DNA from: Hyphomicrobiales bacterium
GTDB taxonomy: Bacteria > Pseudomonadota > Alphaproteobacteria > Rhizobiales > OSC116
Direction: 5' to 3'
Assembly: GCA_016744975.1 (NCBI GenBank)
Contig: JADGDI010000005.1
Coordinates: 1-57,790 of the forward strand
DNA: 57,790 bases
Shown here in pieces: positions 45,643-56,213 of this stretch; within the stretch, counting starts at the first letter, position 1, and each line of letters starts with the position of its first letter. The notes beneath the pieces are model-generated. The model had not been told where the DNA came from and ran no database searches. It saw nothing but the letters and a program-made list of their open reading frames with translations. Made by a program: the position numbers and the translations under genes.

Positions 45643-46849
45643 AATGTTGTGCTGCGAGCCAGTCGCCCAATGCTTTACGGTCAGCTTCGCTCATATTGGT
45701 CTCATTGCCAAGTGGCATATAGTCGGATTGAATGGCGAATTTCATTATGAGCGGATTGTATTTTTGAATTTCTTGTAGATTGTCCAAACTGATGCCTTTG
45801 GGTGCGTCTTCAAAATCTTCGTGGCTTGGGCTTGCTGAATGGCAGGTGGTGCAATGTTGCTCGACCATGGTCATTATTGCGGCATTGCTGAGTAGCTTTT
45901 TACCTGTGTTTAAACGCGTTTCTGGCATGGTTAAATACATAGCAATGCTAAGGGTGACGAATATGGCGGGGATTGTCCAAGCGTAGCCTTTTAGCGGATC
46001 GCCAACCTCATGGCGGATTAGTAAATGGCGCAAAAATGCACCGCCTAAAATGATTAAGCCAACCAAAAGCCACGGGGTTGCATGGCCGGTTATCATCGGG
46101 TAATGGCCGCTGACCATCATCACTAAAACGGGTAAGGTTAGGTAGGTGTTGTGGATGGAACGTTGTTTGCCAATTTTGCCATATTTGGCGTTGGGCTTCT
46201 CGCCTTTTAGCAATGAGGCGACAATTTTCTTTTGATTGGGAATGATGATGGCAAATACGTTGGCGGCCATGATGGTGCCGACAAATGCGCCAACATGAAT
46301 GAGGGCGGCGCGGCCAGAAAAAACATGGGTATAGAAATAAGATGCGCTCAAAATTAATAGAAATACCAAGCCCATTAATAATGGGGTGTTTTTGCCAATG
46401 TCAGATTTGCATAGGGCATCATAAATGAACCAACCCGCTGTGAGGCTAACCACTGAATAGACGATGGCAACAACAGGTGCAATGTCTAGAATATTGCGGT
46501 CTATCATGTATAGTTCGGCATTCCAGTAAAATTGTACAATCATCAATGCGATGCCAGTAAACCATGTAAGATAAGCTTCCCATTTATACCAAATTAAATC
46601 ATCGGGTAAATCATCAGGTGCGACGGTGAATTTTTCGGTATGATAAAAACCGCCGCCATGCACTTCCCACGCTGTGCCTAGTACGCCATCTTTCATTTTT
46701 TTGCGCTGTTTTAAGGAGAAATCAAGCGCAACAAAGTAAAATGATGCGCCGATCCAACCGATACCAACAATCATATGCGCCCAACGAATGAGCAGGTTTA
46801 ACCAGTCTAGAATAAAAGGCAACATATTGGCAAATATAGAAGAGGACAT
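45641..46849 (-). CDS. puuD: Membrane-bound cytochrome c urate hydroxylase
   Basis: It is a polytopic N-terminal membrane protein with a C-terminal c-type heme motif (..CTTCHS..). Its PuuD-like length and its purine-catabolic context fit the call. Confidence 0.85.
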   Translation of the reverse strand: MSSSIFANMLPFILDWLNLLIRWAHMIVGIGWIGASFYFVALDFSLKQRKKMKDGVLGTAWEVHGGGFYHTEKFTVAPDDLPDDLIWYKWEAYLTWFTGIALMIVQFYWNAELYMIDRNILDIAPVVAIVYSVVSLTAGWFIYDALCKSDIGKNTPLLMGLVFLLILSASYFYTHVFSGRAALIHVGAFVGTIMAANVFAIIIPNQKKIVASLLKGEKPNAKYGKIGKQRSIHNTYLTLPVLVMMVSGHYPMITGHATPWLLVGLIILGGAFLRHLLIRHEVGDPLKGYAWTIPAIFVTLSIAMYLTMPETRLNTGKKLLSNAAIMTMVEQHCTTCHSASPSHEDFEDAPKGISLDNLQEIQKYNPLIMKFAIQSDYMPLGNETNMSEADRKALGDWLAAQH

Positions 46850-46872
46850 GGGGTTCCTTAAATTGTTATTGT

Positions 46873-49035
46873 TTACTGTTTGGCTAGCAAATTACGCCGC
46901 ATGCCATGCAATAGTGGTTCGGTATAGCCCGAGGGTTGGGTCATGCCTTCAAAAACTAGCGCAATGGCGGCTTTATAGGCGATTGAGTTTTCGAAATTTG
47001 GTGACATATTGTTATAGAGGGCATCACCCTTATTTTGGCCATCAACCTTGATCGCCATTTTTTGCATGATGTCAATCACCCGCTGGTTGCTGCAAATATC
47101 ATGGTGCAACCAGTTGGCAATATGTTGGCTTGAAATGCGCAATGTGGCGCGGTCTTCCATCAGGCCAATATCGTTGATGTCTGGTACTTTTGAGCAGCCG
47201 ATGCCTTGGTCTATCCATCTAACCACATAACCTAAAATGCTTTGTGCGCTCATTTCTAAATCTTGGTTGATTTGCGCTTGGCTGAGCTTATTTTTTTGGG
47301 TTACTGGAATGTTGAGTAAATTATCTAGCGGCGGGATGCTGCCTGTAATTTTGCTTTGCACTTGTGCGACATTGACCTGATGATAATGGGTGGCGTGTAA
47401 GGTCGCGGCTGTAGGAGATGGTACCCATGCGGTGGTTGCGCCAGCTTTTGGGTGACGAATTTTTTGCTGCATCATGGCGGCCATTTCGTCGGGCATGGCC
47501 CACATGCCTTTGCCGATTTGGGCGCGGCCTTTAAAGCCACATTCTAGGCCTATCTTTACATTACGAGCTTCGTAAGTGGCGATCCAGTCTGAGTTTTTCA
47601 TTTCGGCCTTGGTGATGATTGGCCCTGCTTGCATGATGGTGTGAATTTCGTCTCCAGTGCGGTCTAAAAAGCCAGTATTGATGAAAAATACACGATCTTT
47701 TACGGCATGAATACATTGTTTTAGATTGGCGCTGGTGCGTCTTTCCTCATCCATAATGCCAATTTTTACGGTGTTTTGGGGTAGGTTTAGCACTTGTTCT
47801 ACATGGTTGAATATCTCATTGGCAAAAGCCACCTCTTCTGGCCCATGCATTTTGGGTTTTACCACATAAACTGAACCAAATTGGCTGTTTTTATGGCCTT
47901 CGTTGCTTGTTTTTAAATTATGTTTGGCGATTAAAATGGTGATAAAAGCATCCATAATGCCTTCGGGGATTTCTTGATCGTTAAACAAAATAGCATCGCT
48001 CATCATTAAATGCCCAACATTGCGAATGAGCATAAGGCTACGGCCTTTAAGGTTAGATGCTTTGCCTTCGGGACTGCTAAATGCAATATCGGGGTTTAAT
48101 TTACGTTCAATATCTTTGCCAGATTTTTGCATTTTAATGCTAAGGTCGCTATTCATCAGGCCGAGCCAGTTGTTGTAAACCGCTGCTTTTTCAGCGGCAT
48201 TAACGGCTGCAACTGAGTCCTCACAATCCATAATGGTGGAAAGTGCAGCTTCAAGATGAATGTCGGCAATATGTGCAGGATCGGTTTTGCCAATTTGGTT
48301 TTTGGCATCTATTTTAATGATGATATGCAGGCCATTATTATTAAGTATTATGGCGTCTGGTGTTGTTTCCTGACCTTGATAGCCGCTAAATTGATTGGGT
48401 TGGTTTAGCTGTGTGTTGCTGCCATCTTTTAGGCTGATTTGTAATTGTTTATCGGCAATAGTAAAGCCAGTTATCTGGTTAAAGTCGCCATTTTTAAGCG
48501 TGAAATGCTGGTTTAAAAAATTGCGACCCCATTTGATGACTTTGGCACCATGGTTGGCATCATAACCTTGTGCAACTTCGGATTTTTTAGCCAGAATGTC
48601 TGATCCATAAAGTGCATCATAAAGGCTGCCCCAGCGGGCATTTGCGGCATTGAGTGCATAGCGGGCATTGTTGATTGGTACAACCAATTGTGGCCCTGCA
48701 ATGTTAGCAATCTCCACATCTAGATTTTGAGTATTGATTTTAAAGTCTGGAATATCGGCGGCTAAATAGCCAATTTTTTGAAGAAAGTTCTGATAGGCGA
48801 AAAAATCTGTGATTGGCCCTGGATTTTTGCTGTGCCAGTCATCTTGTTGTTGTTGCAAAAGCTCACGCTTGGCAAGCAATGTTTGATTTTTAGGCATGAG
48901 CTGTTTAAGCGATTTTTCTAATCCTGACCAAAAACTTGCGCCCGTGACCCCCGAGTTTGGAAGTACTTTTTCGGTAATGAAATTAAACAATATTGGTTTA
49001 ATTTTTAATTTGCCTATGATGATTGAATTGCTCAT
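46873..49035 (-). CDS. glcB: Malate synthase G
   Basis: It is 720 aa with an overall GlcB sequence (..DCEDSVAAV.., ..PKMHGPEE.., ..GIMDEERRTS..). Confidence 0.93.
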   Translation of the reverse strand: MSNSIIIGKLKIKPILFNFITEKVLPNSGVTGASFWSGLEKSLKQLMPKNQTLLAKRELLQQQQDDWHSKNPGPITDFFAYQNFLQKIGYLAADIPDFKINTQNLDVEIANIAGPQLVVPINNARYALNAANARWGSLYDALYGSDILAKKSEVAQGYDANHGAKVIKWGRNFLNQHFTLKNGDFNQITGFTIADKQLQISLKDGSNTQLNQPNQFSGYQGQETTPDAIILNNNGLHIIIKIDAKNQIGKTDPAHIADIHLEAALSTIMDCEDSVAAVNAAEKAAVYNNWLGLMNSDLSIKMQKSGKDIERKLNPDIAFSSPEGKASNLKGRSLMLIRNVGHLMMSDAILFNDQEIPEGIMDAFITILIAKHNLKTSNEGHKNSQFGSVYVVKPKMHGPEEVAFANEIFNHVEQVLNLPQNTVKIGIMDEERRTSANLKQCIHAVKDRVFFINTGFLDRTGDEIHTIMQAGPIITKAEMKNSDWIATYEARNVKIGLECGFKGRAQIGKGMWAMPDEMAAMMQQKIRHPKAGATTAWVPSPTAATLHATHYHQVNVAQVQSKITGSIPPLDNLLNIPVTQKNKLSQAQINQDLEMSAQSILGYVVRWIDQGIGCSKVPDINDIGLMEDRATLRISSQHIANWLHHDICSNQRVIDIMQKMAIKVDGQNKGDALYNNMSPNFENSIAYKAAIALVFEGMTQPSGYTEPLLHGMRRNLLAKQ

Positions 49036-49148
49036 TTTTGCTCTTTCTGCCTTCTTGCGGGCTTTTTGCCTTATTTTAATCTAAAATAAACCTACGTATA
49101 TCAAATAATTTTTGCTTTATTTTCAAATTATTTTTGATAATGTAGCTT

Positions 49149-50048
49149 ATGGCTAGATTTGAAGATATGAAATTATTTATGCGCATTGTTGAGAAGCAAA
49201 GCTTTACCGCTGGTGGGCGTGAAATGCGTCTATCGCCTGCGGTGGTTTCAAGCCGCATGGCACGGTTTGAAAAATACTTAAATACGCGATTGTTTAACCG
49301 CACCACAAGGCAGGTGAGGGTAACGCCAGCGGGGCGACGTTATTATGAAGATTGTCAAGAAATTTTACATAAGGTAACGCAAGCTGAATTGCGCCTTGAA
49401 GATGAAGATAGTGAGCATGCGGGTATCATTAGGCTGAGTGCTTCTACCTCGTTTGGGCGGAGTTTTTTAAAGAATTTTGTTAATCAATATACCCAAAAAT
49501 ATCCTAAAATTAGCATACATTTGCAAATTACCGATCATCTGGTGGATTTAATTGGGCAAGATATTGATTTGGCGTTTCGGGTTGCACCTTTGTTGGATAT
49601 GAGTTTTAAGGCCAAAATTTTTCATCCGATTAAACGCTATGTTTGTGGATCGCCTGCTTATTTTGAACAATATGGTGTGCCTGAAAACCCCAAGGCACTT
49701 GACCAGCATAATTGTTTATTGCTGCGATTTCCTGGGTCTCGCTTGTTTAAATGGCCGTTCCAAAATGAAGATGGGGACTATGAAATTGCGGTTTCGGGCA
49801 GTTTAGAATCGGACTGCGGGGATGTTCTGCTAGATTGGGCGGTTGATGGTCGCGGACTGGTGCTAAAGGCTTGGAATGAAGTTGAAGAATTGGTTAAAGA
49901 AGGTAAATTACAGGTGATATTGAGTGATGACTTGCAGCAAAATAGTTATCTGCACGCCATCTACCCATATCATACACATTTGCCAGCCAGAGTGCGCTTA
50001 TTTTTAGATGAAATTGCGCAAAGCATAAAAAAATCAGCAACTTGGTGA
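49149..50048 (+). CDS. LysR-family transcriptional regulator (divergent from glcB)
   Basis: It has a wHTH (..SFTAGGREMRLSPAVVSSRMARFEKYLN..) and a LysR effector domain. Confidence 0.8.
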   Translation: MARFEDMKLFMRIVEKQSFTAGGREMRLSPAVVSSRMARFEKYLNTRLFNRTTRQVRVTPAGRRYYEDCQEILHKVTQAELRLEDEDSEHAGIIRLSASTSFGRSFLKNFVNQYTQKYPKISIHLQITDHLVDLIGQDIDLAFRVAPLLDMSFKAKIFHPIKRYVCGSPAYFEQYGVPENPKALDQHNCLLLRFPGSRLFKWPFQNEDGDYEIAVSGSLESDCGDVLLDWAVDGRGLVLKAWNEVEELVKEGKLQVILSDDLQQNSYLHAIYPYHTHLPARVRLFLDEIAQSIKKSATW

Positions 50049-50073
50049 ACTTTAGTGATAAAATTGTCAAATG

Positions 50074-51096
50074 TTATGCGTTGAAATTGGCGACATATTG
50101 ATCGATCTTATTGAGATATTGGTCAATTTCAGTTTGTTCTAAAAATGAGCCTGTAAAGCTATTTTTAGCTAGCAAGGTAAGATCGGCGATTGAGAGGTTA
50201 AGCGGTTCTGCAATTGATTCAAAATTAGCGTTCATATAACCGCCAAAATAGGATGGGTCGTCAGAATTCACGGTTGCAACTAGGCCTGCTTCTAGCATTT
50301 TTTTGATTGGGTGATTGGCCATATCAGTCACGCCGCAAAGCTTTAAGTTGGATAATGGGCAAACAGTTAATGCCATTTTTGAATTGGCCAGCCTGCTAAC
50401 TAAAGCTGGGTTTTCCATCGCTCTGTTGCCATGGTCTAAGCGGTCGATTTTCAGCAGATCAAGCGCCTCTATAATATAGTCTGCTGGGCCTTCTTCCCCT
50501 GCATGGGCAACCAATTTATAGCCTTGCTGTTTGGCCATTTTAAATACGTTGATAAATTTTGAAGGTGGGTGACCAAGTTCGGATGAATCAAGGCCAACAC
50601 CACATAAAAGATGTTTGAACGGCTCTGCTTCATTTAGGGTTTTTATGGCGCTTGCCTCATCTAAATGGCGCAAGAAACACATGATTAGTTTAAAGGTGAC
50701 ACCCAATTCTTTGCCAACTTCGGTAAGTGCATTATGAATGCCGTGGATGGCGGTTTCAAATTTTACCCCACGCTCGGTGTGACCTTGTGGGTCAAAAAAC
50801 ACTTCGACATGTTGGGTGTTCTCGGCGGCTACTTTGCGTAGATAAGCCTCGGTTAGGTCGTAAAAATCTTGCTCGGTTTGCAGGACGTTCATGCCCATAT
50901 AATAGATGTCCAAGAAATCTTGCAATTGGGTGAATTGGTAAGCTTCTTTAACTTCGGCTATGGATTTATATGGTATTTTAATTTGGTTGCGCTTGGCAAG
51001 CTCGAACATTAGCTTAGGCTCTAGTGAGCCTTCTAAATGTAAATGCAGTTCGGCTTTTGGTAGCCCCGCGATAAATTTTTTAAGTTGATTGCTCAT
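50074..51096 (-). CDS. Adenine deaminase of the adenosine-deaminase superfamily (AAH1-like). Adenosine deaminase is not excluded.
   Basis: ..LPKAELHLHLEGSLEP.. resembles fungal/alphaproteobacterial adenine aminohydrolases more than E. coli Add. It also has ..HAGEEG.. and ..NSDDP... I prefer the start at 51096, after GGAGAG. Confidence 0.8.
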   Translation of the reverse strand: MSNQLKKFIAGLPKAELHLHLEGSLEPKLMFELAKRNQIKIPYKSIAEVKEAYQFTQLQDFLDIYYMGMNVLQTEQDFYDLTEAYLRKVAAENTQHVEVFFDPQGHTERGVKFETAIHGIHNALTEVGKELGVTFKLIMCFLRHLDEASAIKTLNEAEPFKHLLCGVGLDSSELGHPPSKFINVFKMAKQQGYKLVAHAGEEGPADYIIEALDLLKIDRLDHGNRAMENPALVSRLANSKMALTVCPLSNLKLCGVTDMANHPIKKMLEAGLVATVNSDDPSYFGGYMNANFESIAEPLNLSIADLTLLAKNSFTGSFLEQTEIDQYLNKIDQYVANFNA

Positions 51097-51385
51097 ATTT
51101 CTCTCCATATATATGCCGCTTAAAATATCTGTATATTTTGCGTGAAAATAATAACCTGCATGATTAGCAGAAATTCATTAGAATGTGAATCAATTATTTT
51201 GTATGAGTAGCCAGCTTTGTTAAAATGGGCTTACAAAATTGAAATAGTTCGCTAATGTTGTCATAAACATGCTAGTTTTTTGTCATTGATGCCTTTTTAA
51301 GATCATGCCTATCTACAATAAACGCTTTAAATTGACATGAAAATAAATAGGCTAGAAGAATGTTAAACTATGGGAGGATAGTTTA

Positions 51386-52963
51386 TTGACTGGGAATGAA
51401 TCCGTAAATAAATTTTTGCTCGAAGCTAAAAATATCACCAAAAAGTTTGGTGAGTTTACCGCAAATGACCAAGTGTCTATCGGTTTGGTTGCGGGTGAAA
51501 TTCATGCGTTATTGGGGGAGAATGGCGCTGGAAAATCGACCTTGGTTAAGATGATGTATGGTGCGTTGCAACCAACTTCTGGCGATTTATATTGGAATGG
51601 TGAGAAAGTGGTGGTTAATAATCCAGCAGCAGCTAGAAAGCTGGGTGTTGGTATGGTGTTTCAGCATTTTTCATTATTTGAGTCGCTCAGTGTTATTGAG
51701 AATATTAGCCTTGCGATTGCTGAGGAGGCTGATCTTGCGCTTTTGGCTGAAAAAATTAGCCGAGTATCACGCGAATATGGCCTACCACTAGAGCCTCATG
51801 CAATTGTTGCTGATCTCTCTGTTGGAGAACGACAAAGAATTGAGATTGTACGTTGTTTGCTGCAAGAGCCGAAATTATTAATTATGGATGAGCCAACTGC
51901 GGTATTAACGCCCCAAGAGGCCGACCAATTATTTGTGACTTTGCGCAAACTAGCGGGCGAAGGTGTGGCTATTCTTTATATCTCGCACCGTTTAGAGGAA
52001 GTTAGGCAGTTATGCCATGATGCGACTATTTTGCGAATGGGTAAAGTGGTTGATAATGTGGATCCGCAGGAGGAGACCGCCCAAAGCCTTGCGCAGCTTA
52101 TGGTTGGCACCGCCATTCACAAAATTGAAAGCGTTAGTGATAAACAATTTGGCAAAATATTGCTCCGAACTCGGAGTTTGTCGCTTGAATCAGACATGCA
52201 ATTTGGTGTGGATTTGATGGATATTAACCTTGAAGTTAAAGCTGGTGAAGTGCTGGCTATTGCGGGTATTGCAGGTAATGGGCAGGGCGAGCTATTTGAT
52301 GCTTTGTCTGGTGAAATGCGGGTATCTAAACCAGATATTATTGAATTAAACGGTGTTGCATGCGGCACAAGGGGGATTCGCTTTAGGCGAAATTGTGAAG
52401 CTGCATTTGCGCCAGAAGAACGGCTGGGGCATGGGGCTGTGCCGAGCTTTAGGCTTTCTGAAAATGTGGTTTTAACCCGACATAATTCTGACAAAAATTT
52501 GGTTAATTTTGGTTTTATGGATCATAAGTTAGTCAGGGCGATTGCTGATCGTGTTGCTAAAAAGCGTGACGTTAGGACGAGCAAGGCTGACCCTGAAGCG
52601 TCATCACTTTCTGGCGGGAATTTGCAAAAATTTATTGTTGGTCGCGAATTGGATCGAAAACCAAAAGTGTTGATTGTTAATCAGCCGACTTGGGGTGTCG
52701 ATGCGGGCGCTGCCGCGATGATTAGGCAAGCATTGATTAATTGTGCAGCGCGCGGCGCGGCGGTTTTGGTTATCAGCCAAGATTTGGATGAGATTTTTGA
52801 GGTGGCAGATAGCATCGCGGTGATTTCACGTGGGCAATTGTCAGACATTTATACCGCCAACGAAATGACTTATGAAAAAGTCGGCTTGTTGATGGCAGGC
52901 GCACATGAAAAACCAACCAAACATGTGGGCAATTTGCAAGATAATATGGCGGGCAGGACATGA
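51386..52963 (+). CDS. ABC transporter ATPase with duplicated ATP-binding domains (sugar/nucleoside type)
   Basis: It has two Walker A / signature sets (GENGAGKST ... LSVGERQR; ... LSGGNLQK). The TTG start follows GGGAGGA. Confidence 0.9.
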   Translation: MTGNESVNKFLLEAKNITKKFGEFTANDQVSIGLVAGEIHALLGENGAGKSTLVKMMYGALQPTSGDLYWNGEKVVVNNPAAARKLGVGMVFQHFSLFESLSVIENISLAIAEEADLALLAEKISRVSREYGLPLEPHAIVADLSVGERQRIEIVRCLLQEPKLLIMDEPTAVLTPQEADQLFVTLRKLAGEGVAILYISHRLEEVRQLCHDATILRMGKVVDNVDPQEETAQSLAQLMVGTAIHKIESVSDKQFGKILLRTRSLSLESDMQFGVDLMDINLEVKAGEVLAIAGIAGNGQGELFDALSGEMRVSKPDIIELNGVACGTRGIRFRRNCEAAFAPEERLGHGAVPSFRLSENVVLTRHNSDKNLVNFGFMDHKLVRAIADRVAKKRDVRTSKADPEASSLSGGNLQKFIVGRELDRKPKVLIVNQPTWGVDAGAAAMIRQALINCAARGAAVLVISQDLDEIFEVADSIAVISRGQLSDIYTANEMTYEKVGLLMAGAHEKPTKHVGNLQDNMAGRT

Positions 52964-54045
52964 AAATTACATTAGAAAAACGAGCAATGGCATCAAATTT
53001 CATGACCTATGCCTCGCCCATTATTGCGATTGGTTTAACGGTTGTCATTGGTGGTATTATTTTTTTATTGGCAGGTTATAACCCGCTTAATGCATTATAT
53101 TACTATTTTGTTGACCCTGTCATGAGCCTGTGGTCGATCGAAGAAGTGGTGGTAAAAGCCACGCCTTTAGTTTTAATTGGTGCGGGTTTGGCCATTTGTT
53201 TCTCGGCCAATATTTGGAATATTGGTGCTGAGGGTCAGCTCACGATGGGTGCTTTGGCGGGGGCTTTTATTCCCGTTATGTTTACTGATTGGCAGTCGCC
53301 GATTGGTTTGGTGTTGATGTTATTAATGGGTGTTGGTGGTGGCGCGGCTTGGGCTGCGATTGCGGCATTTTTAAAAAACCGCTTTAATGTCAATGAGATA
53401 TTGACCAGTTTGATGTTGGTTTATGTGGCGCAATATATTTTAGACTGGTTTGTACGTGGCCCTTGGCGCGACCCAAAGGGGTTTAACTTCCCAAAGTCGG
53501 TTGATTTTGAAGGCTGGCAATTATTGCCAACTTACGGCGATGGACGCATGCATATTGGTGCGATTATTGCGGTGATTGTGGTGGTAATTTTAGCCATTAT
53601 GATGAGCCGTTCTATGAAGGGTTTTGAGATTAAGGCCATTGGCAATTCTCGTAGGGCTGGGGCATTTGCTGGTTTTTCTTATAAAAGCATGACTTGGTTT
53701 TGCTTTTTATTATCAGGCGCTTTGGCGGGACTTGCGGGTATTATTGAAGTGGCTGGCCCTGCTGGGCATTTGCAGCCGACCATTTCGCCAGGCTATGGTT
53801 TTACGGCCATTATCGTTGCGTTTTTAGGTCGGTTAAACCCGATAGGGGTCTTAATGGCTGGTGTCTTACTGGCGATTAGCTATTTGGGCGGCGATGGCGC
53901 GCAAATGGAGCTTGGTGTTTCGGCTAAAACCGCACAGGTTTTTCAAGGCATGCTATTATTTTTAATTTTAGCCTGTGATACATTGATACGCTATAAAATA
54001 AAATTCAGTGTATCGCAAAAATCTACTGAAGGAGCATTGGTATGA
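52960..54045 (+). CDS. ABC transporter permease (BPD type 2, nucleoside/sugar family)
   Basis: It is polytopic and overlaps the ATPase stop (ATGA). Confidence 0.85.
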   Translation: MKITLEKRAMASNFMTYASPIIAIGLTVVIGGIIFLLAGYNPLNALYYYFVDPVMSLWSIEEVVVKATPLVLIGAGLAICFSANIWNIGAEGQLTMGALAGAFIPVMFTDWQSPIGLVLMLLMGVGGGAAWAAIAAFLKNRFNVNEILTSLMLVYVAQYILDWFVRGPWRDPKGFNFPKSVDFEGWQLLPTYGDGRMHIGAIIAVIVVVILAIMMSRSMKGFEIKAIGNSRRAGAFAGFSYKSMTWFCFLLSGALAGLAGIIEVAGPAGHLQPTISPGYGFTAIIVAFLGRLNPIGVLMAGVLLAISYLGGDGAQMELGVSAKTAQVFQGMLLFLILACDTLIRYKIKFSVSQKSTEGALV

Positions 54046-54962
54046 TTGGTATTGAAGCTGTAATTTTAACCATTATTACTGCCTCGACTCCATTGCTTTT
54101 AGCCGCGATCGGTGAGCTGGTGGTGGAACGTTCGGGGGTTTTAAACCTTGGTGTTGAGGGCATGATGGTAATGGGTGCGGTCTGTGGATTTATCGCAACT
54201 TATTATAGTGGCTCGTTAATTCTTGGCGTGGTTGCTGCAATATTGGCAGGTGTGTTAATGTCGTTATTGTTTGGCCTTTTAACTCAAACTTTTGTAACCA
54301 ACCAAATGGCCACAGGGCTAGCGCTTACTATATTATGTTTAGGCCTTTCGGGACTTGTTGGTGAGCCTTTTACGGGTTTGCCAGGGGCTAAATTACCTGC
54401 ATTATATATTCCATATTTGACAGATATTCCGTATATTGGGAAAATTATATTTGGCCAAGATGCGTTGGTTTATCTGTCCCTTATTTTGGTGTTTTTTGTA
54501 CAATATGTTTTGTTTAGAACACGTGTCGGGCTGATTATTAGAGCGGTGGGTGATAGCCATGTATCGGCACATGCACTTGGGTATAATGTGGTTCGAGTGC
54601 GTTATTTATGCATTATGTTTGGCGGGGCCTGTGCTGGTTTAGCTGGTGGTTATTTATCGCTTGCTTATACGCCGCAATGGATTGAAAACATGACCTCTGG
54701 CCGTGGTTGGATTGCCCTTGCGCTTGTGGTATTTGCCACTTGGATGCCGAGACGGATTTTATTTGGGGCATATTTATTTGGAACTGTTTGGATTATGGGG
54801 CTTTATGTGCAAGGCATTGGTCTTGGCATTCCTTCGCAATTATTATCGGCCTTGCCATATATTGTAACCATTATTGCCTTGGTAATTATATCACGCAATA
54901 AGCAACTTACAAAATTGAACACACCTGCTTGTTTGGGGCAACAATTTGTACCAGATCGCTGA
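54042..54962 (+). CDS. ABC transporter permease (second subunit)
   Basis: It is polytopic and overlaps the upstream permease stop (ATGA). Confidence 0.85.
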   Translation: MIGIEAVILTIITASTPLLLAAIGELVVERSGVLNLGVEGMMVMGAVCGFIATYYSGSLILGVVAAILAGVLMSLLFGLLTQTFVTNQMATGLALTILCLGLSGLVGEPFTGLPGAKLPALYIPYLTDIPYIGKIIFGQDALVYLSLILVFFVQYVLFRTRVGLIIRAVGDSHVSAHALGYNVVRVRYLCIMFGGACAGLAGGYLSLAYTPQWIENMTSGRGWIALALVVFATWMPRRILFGAYLFGTVWIMGLYVQGIGLGIPSQLLSALPYIVTIIALVIISRNKQLTKLNTPACLGQQFVPDR

Positions 54963-55033
54963 ATTTTACTATTAATAGAAGTGAGAAAATGTAATAAAGT
55001 CGTTATCAGACTGAAATAAAAAGGGAGAAAAAG

Positions 55034-56089
55034 ATGGTATCTTTAAAAAAAATAGCTGCAATATTTGCGGTATCAATGCTTAGTACAACTGCGATGGCAG
55101 CAGATAAGCTAAAGGTCGGTTTTGTTTATGTGGGCCCTGTTGGTGATCATGGTTGGAGCTACCAACATGACCAAGGCCGCCAAGCTGTAGAAGCTGCCCA
55201 TGGTGACTTGGTTGAAACATTTTTTGTTGAAAAAGTGGCTGAAGGCCCTGATGCTGAACGGGTGATTGAACGGATGGCACGCAAAGGTGCTGGGGTTATT
55301 TTTACCACATCATTTGGGTATATGGATTCAACTTTAAAAGTTGCTAAGAAATTCCCAAAAATTAAATTTGAACATGCAACAGGTTATAAACAGTCTGACA
55401 ATGTGGCTTCATACAGCGCACGTTTTTATGAAGGGCGTTATATCATTGGTCAAATTGCTGCTAAAGAATCTAAATCGGGCGTTGCAGGTTATATTGGTTC
55501 CTTCCCAATTCCTGAAGTGGTGCGTGGTATTAACGCCTTTATGCTGGGTGCACAAAGTGTAAACCCTGACTTTAAGCTTAAAGTGGTTTGGGTGAACTCA
55601 TGGTTTGACCCAGGTAAAGAAGCTGATGCAGCCAAGGTGCTTATTGGCCAAGGTGTTGATGTTATTACCCAACATACAGATTCAACGGCACCATTGCAAA
55701 TTGCTGAGCAAAATGGCGCTAAAGGTTTTGGCCAAGCATCGGACATGGCTTCATTTGCACCAAAAGCACAAATGACTGCAATTGTGGATGATTGGGCGCC
55801 TTATTATGTGGCTCGGGTTAAAGCTGTGCTTGATGGTACATGGAAATCTGGCAACACCTGGGATGGCATTAAACCCGGTATGGTTTCAATGACTGATTAT
55901 GTGAATATGGCTGATGATACAAAAGTGATGGCAAAAGCCACAGAAGCTGCGATTAGCTCTGGCGCAAAACATGTATTTTCTGGTCCAATTTACAACCAAG
56001 CTGGTGAGCTTATGGTTAAAGAAGGTGCGACATTAGATGATGGCGCATTAGCTGGTATGGACTGGTATGTAAAAGGTGTTGAGCAATAA
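55034..56089 (+). CDS. BMP-family (basic membrane protein) periplasmic binding protein, purine nucleoside-type
   Basis: It has a signal peptide (..STTAMAADK) and a BMP/PnrA-like sequence (..VGFVYVGPVGDHGWSY.H..G.., ..VWVNSWFDPGKE..). Confidence 0.88.
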   Translation: MVSLKKIAAIFAVSMLSTTAMAADKLKVGFVYVGPVGDHGWSYQHDQGRQAVEAAHGDLVETFFVEKVAEGPDAERVIERMARKGAGVIFTTSFGYMDSTLKVAKKFPKIKFEHATGYKQSDNVASYSARFYEGRYIIGQIAAKESKSGVAGYIGSFPIPEVVRGINAFMLGAQSVNPDFKLKVVWVNSWFDPGKEADAAKVLIGQGVDVITQHTDSTAPLQIAEQNGAKGFGQASDMASFAPKAQMTAIVDDWAPYYVARVKAVLDGTWKSGNTWDGIKPGMVSMTDYVNMADDTKVMAKATEAAISSGAKHVFSGPIYNQAGELMVKEGATLDDGALAGMDWYVKGVEQ

Positions 56090-56213
56090 AATTAAGCTGA
56101 ACTAGGTTTAATATAGCGATAGAATTTAAGGGGCGGGCTTTGTATAAAGTCTGCCTTTTATTATTGCTACTAGTGTGGCATTGTTGGTTTTTGATGTGAA
56201 AAATGGTGTGATA

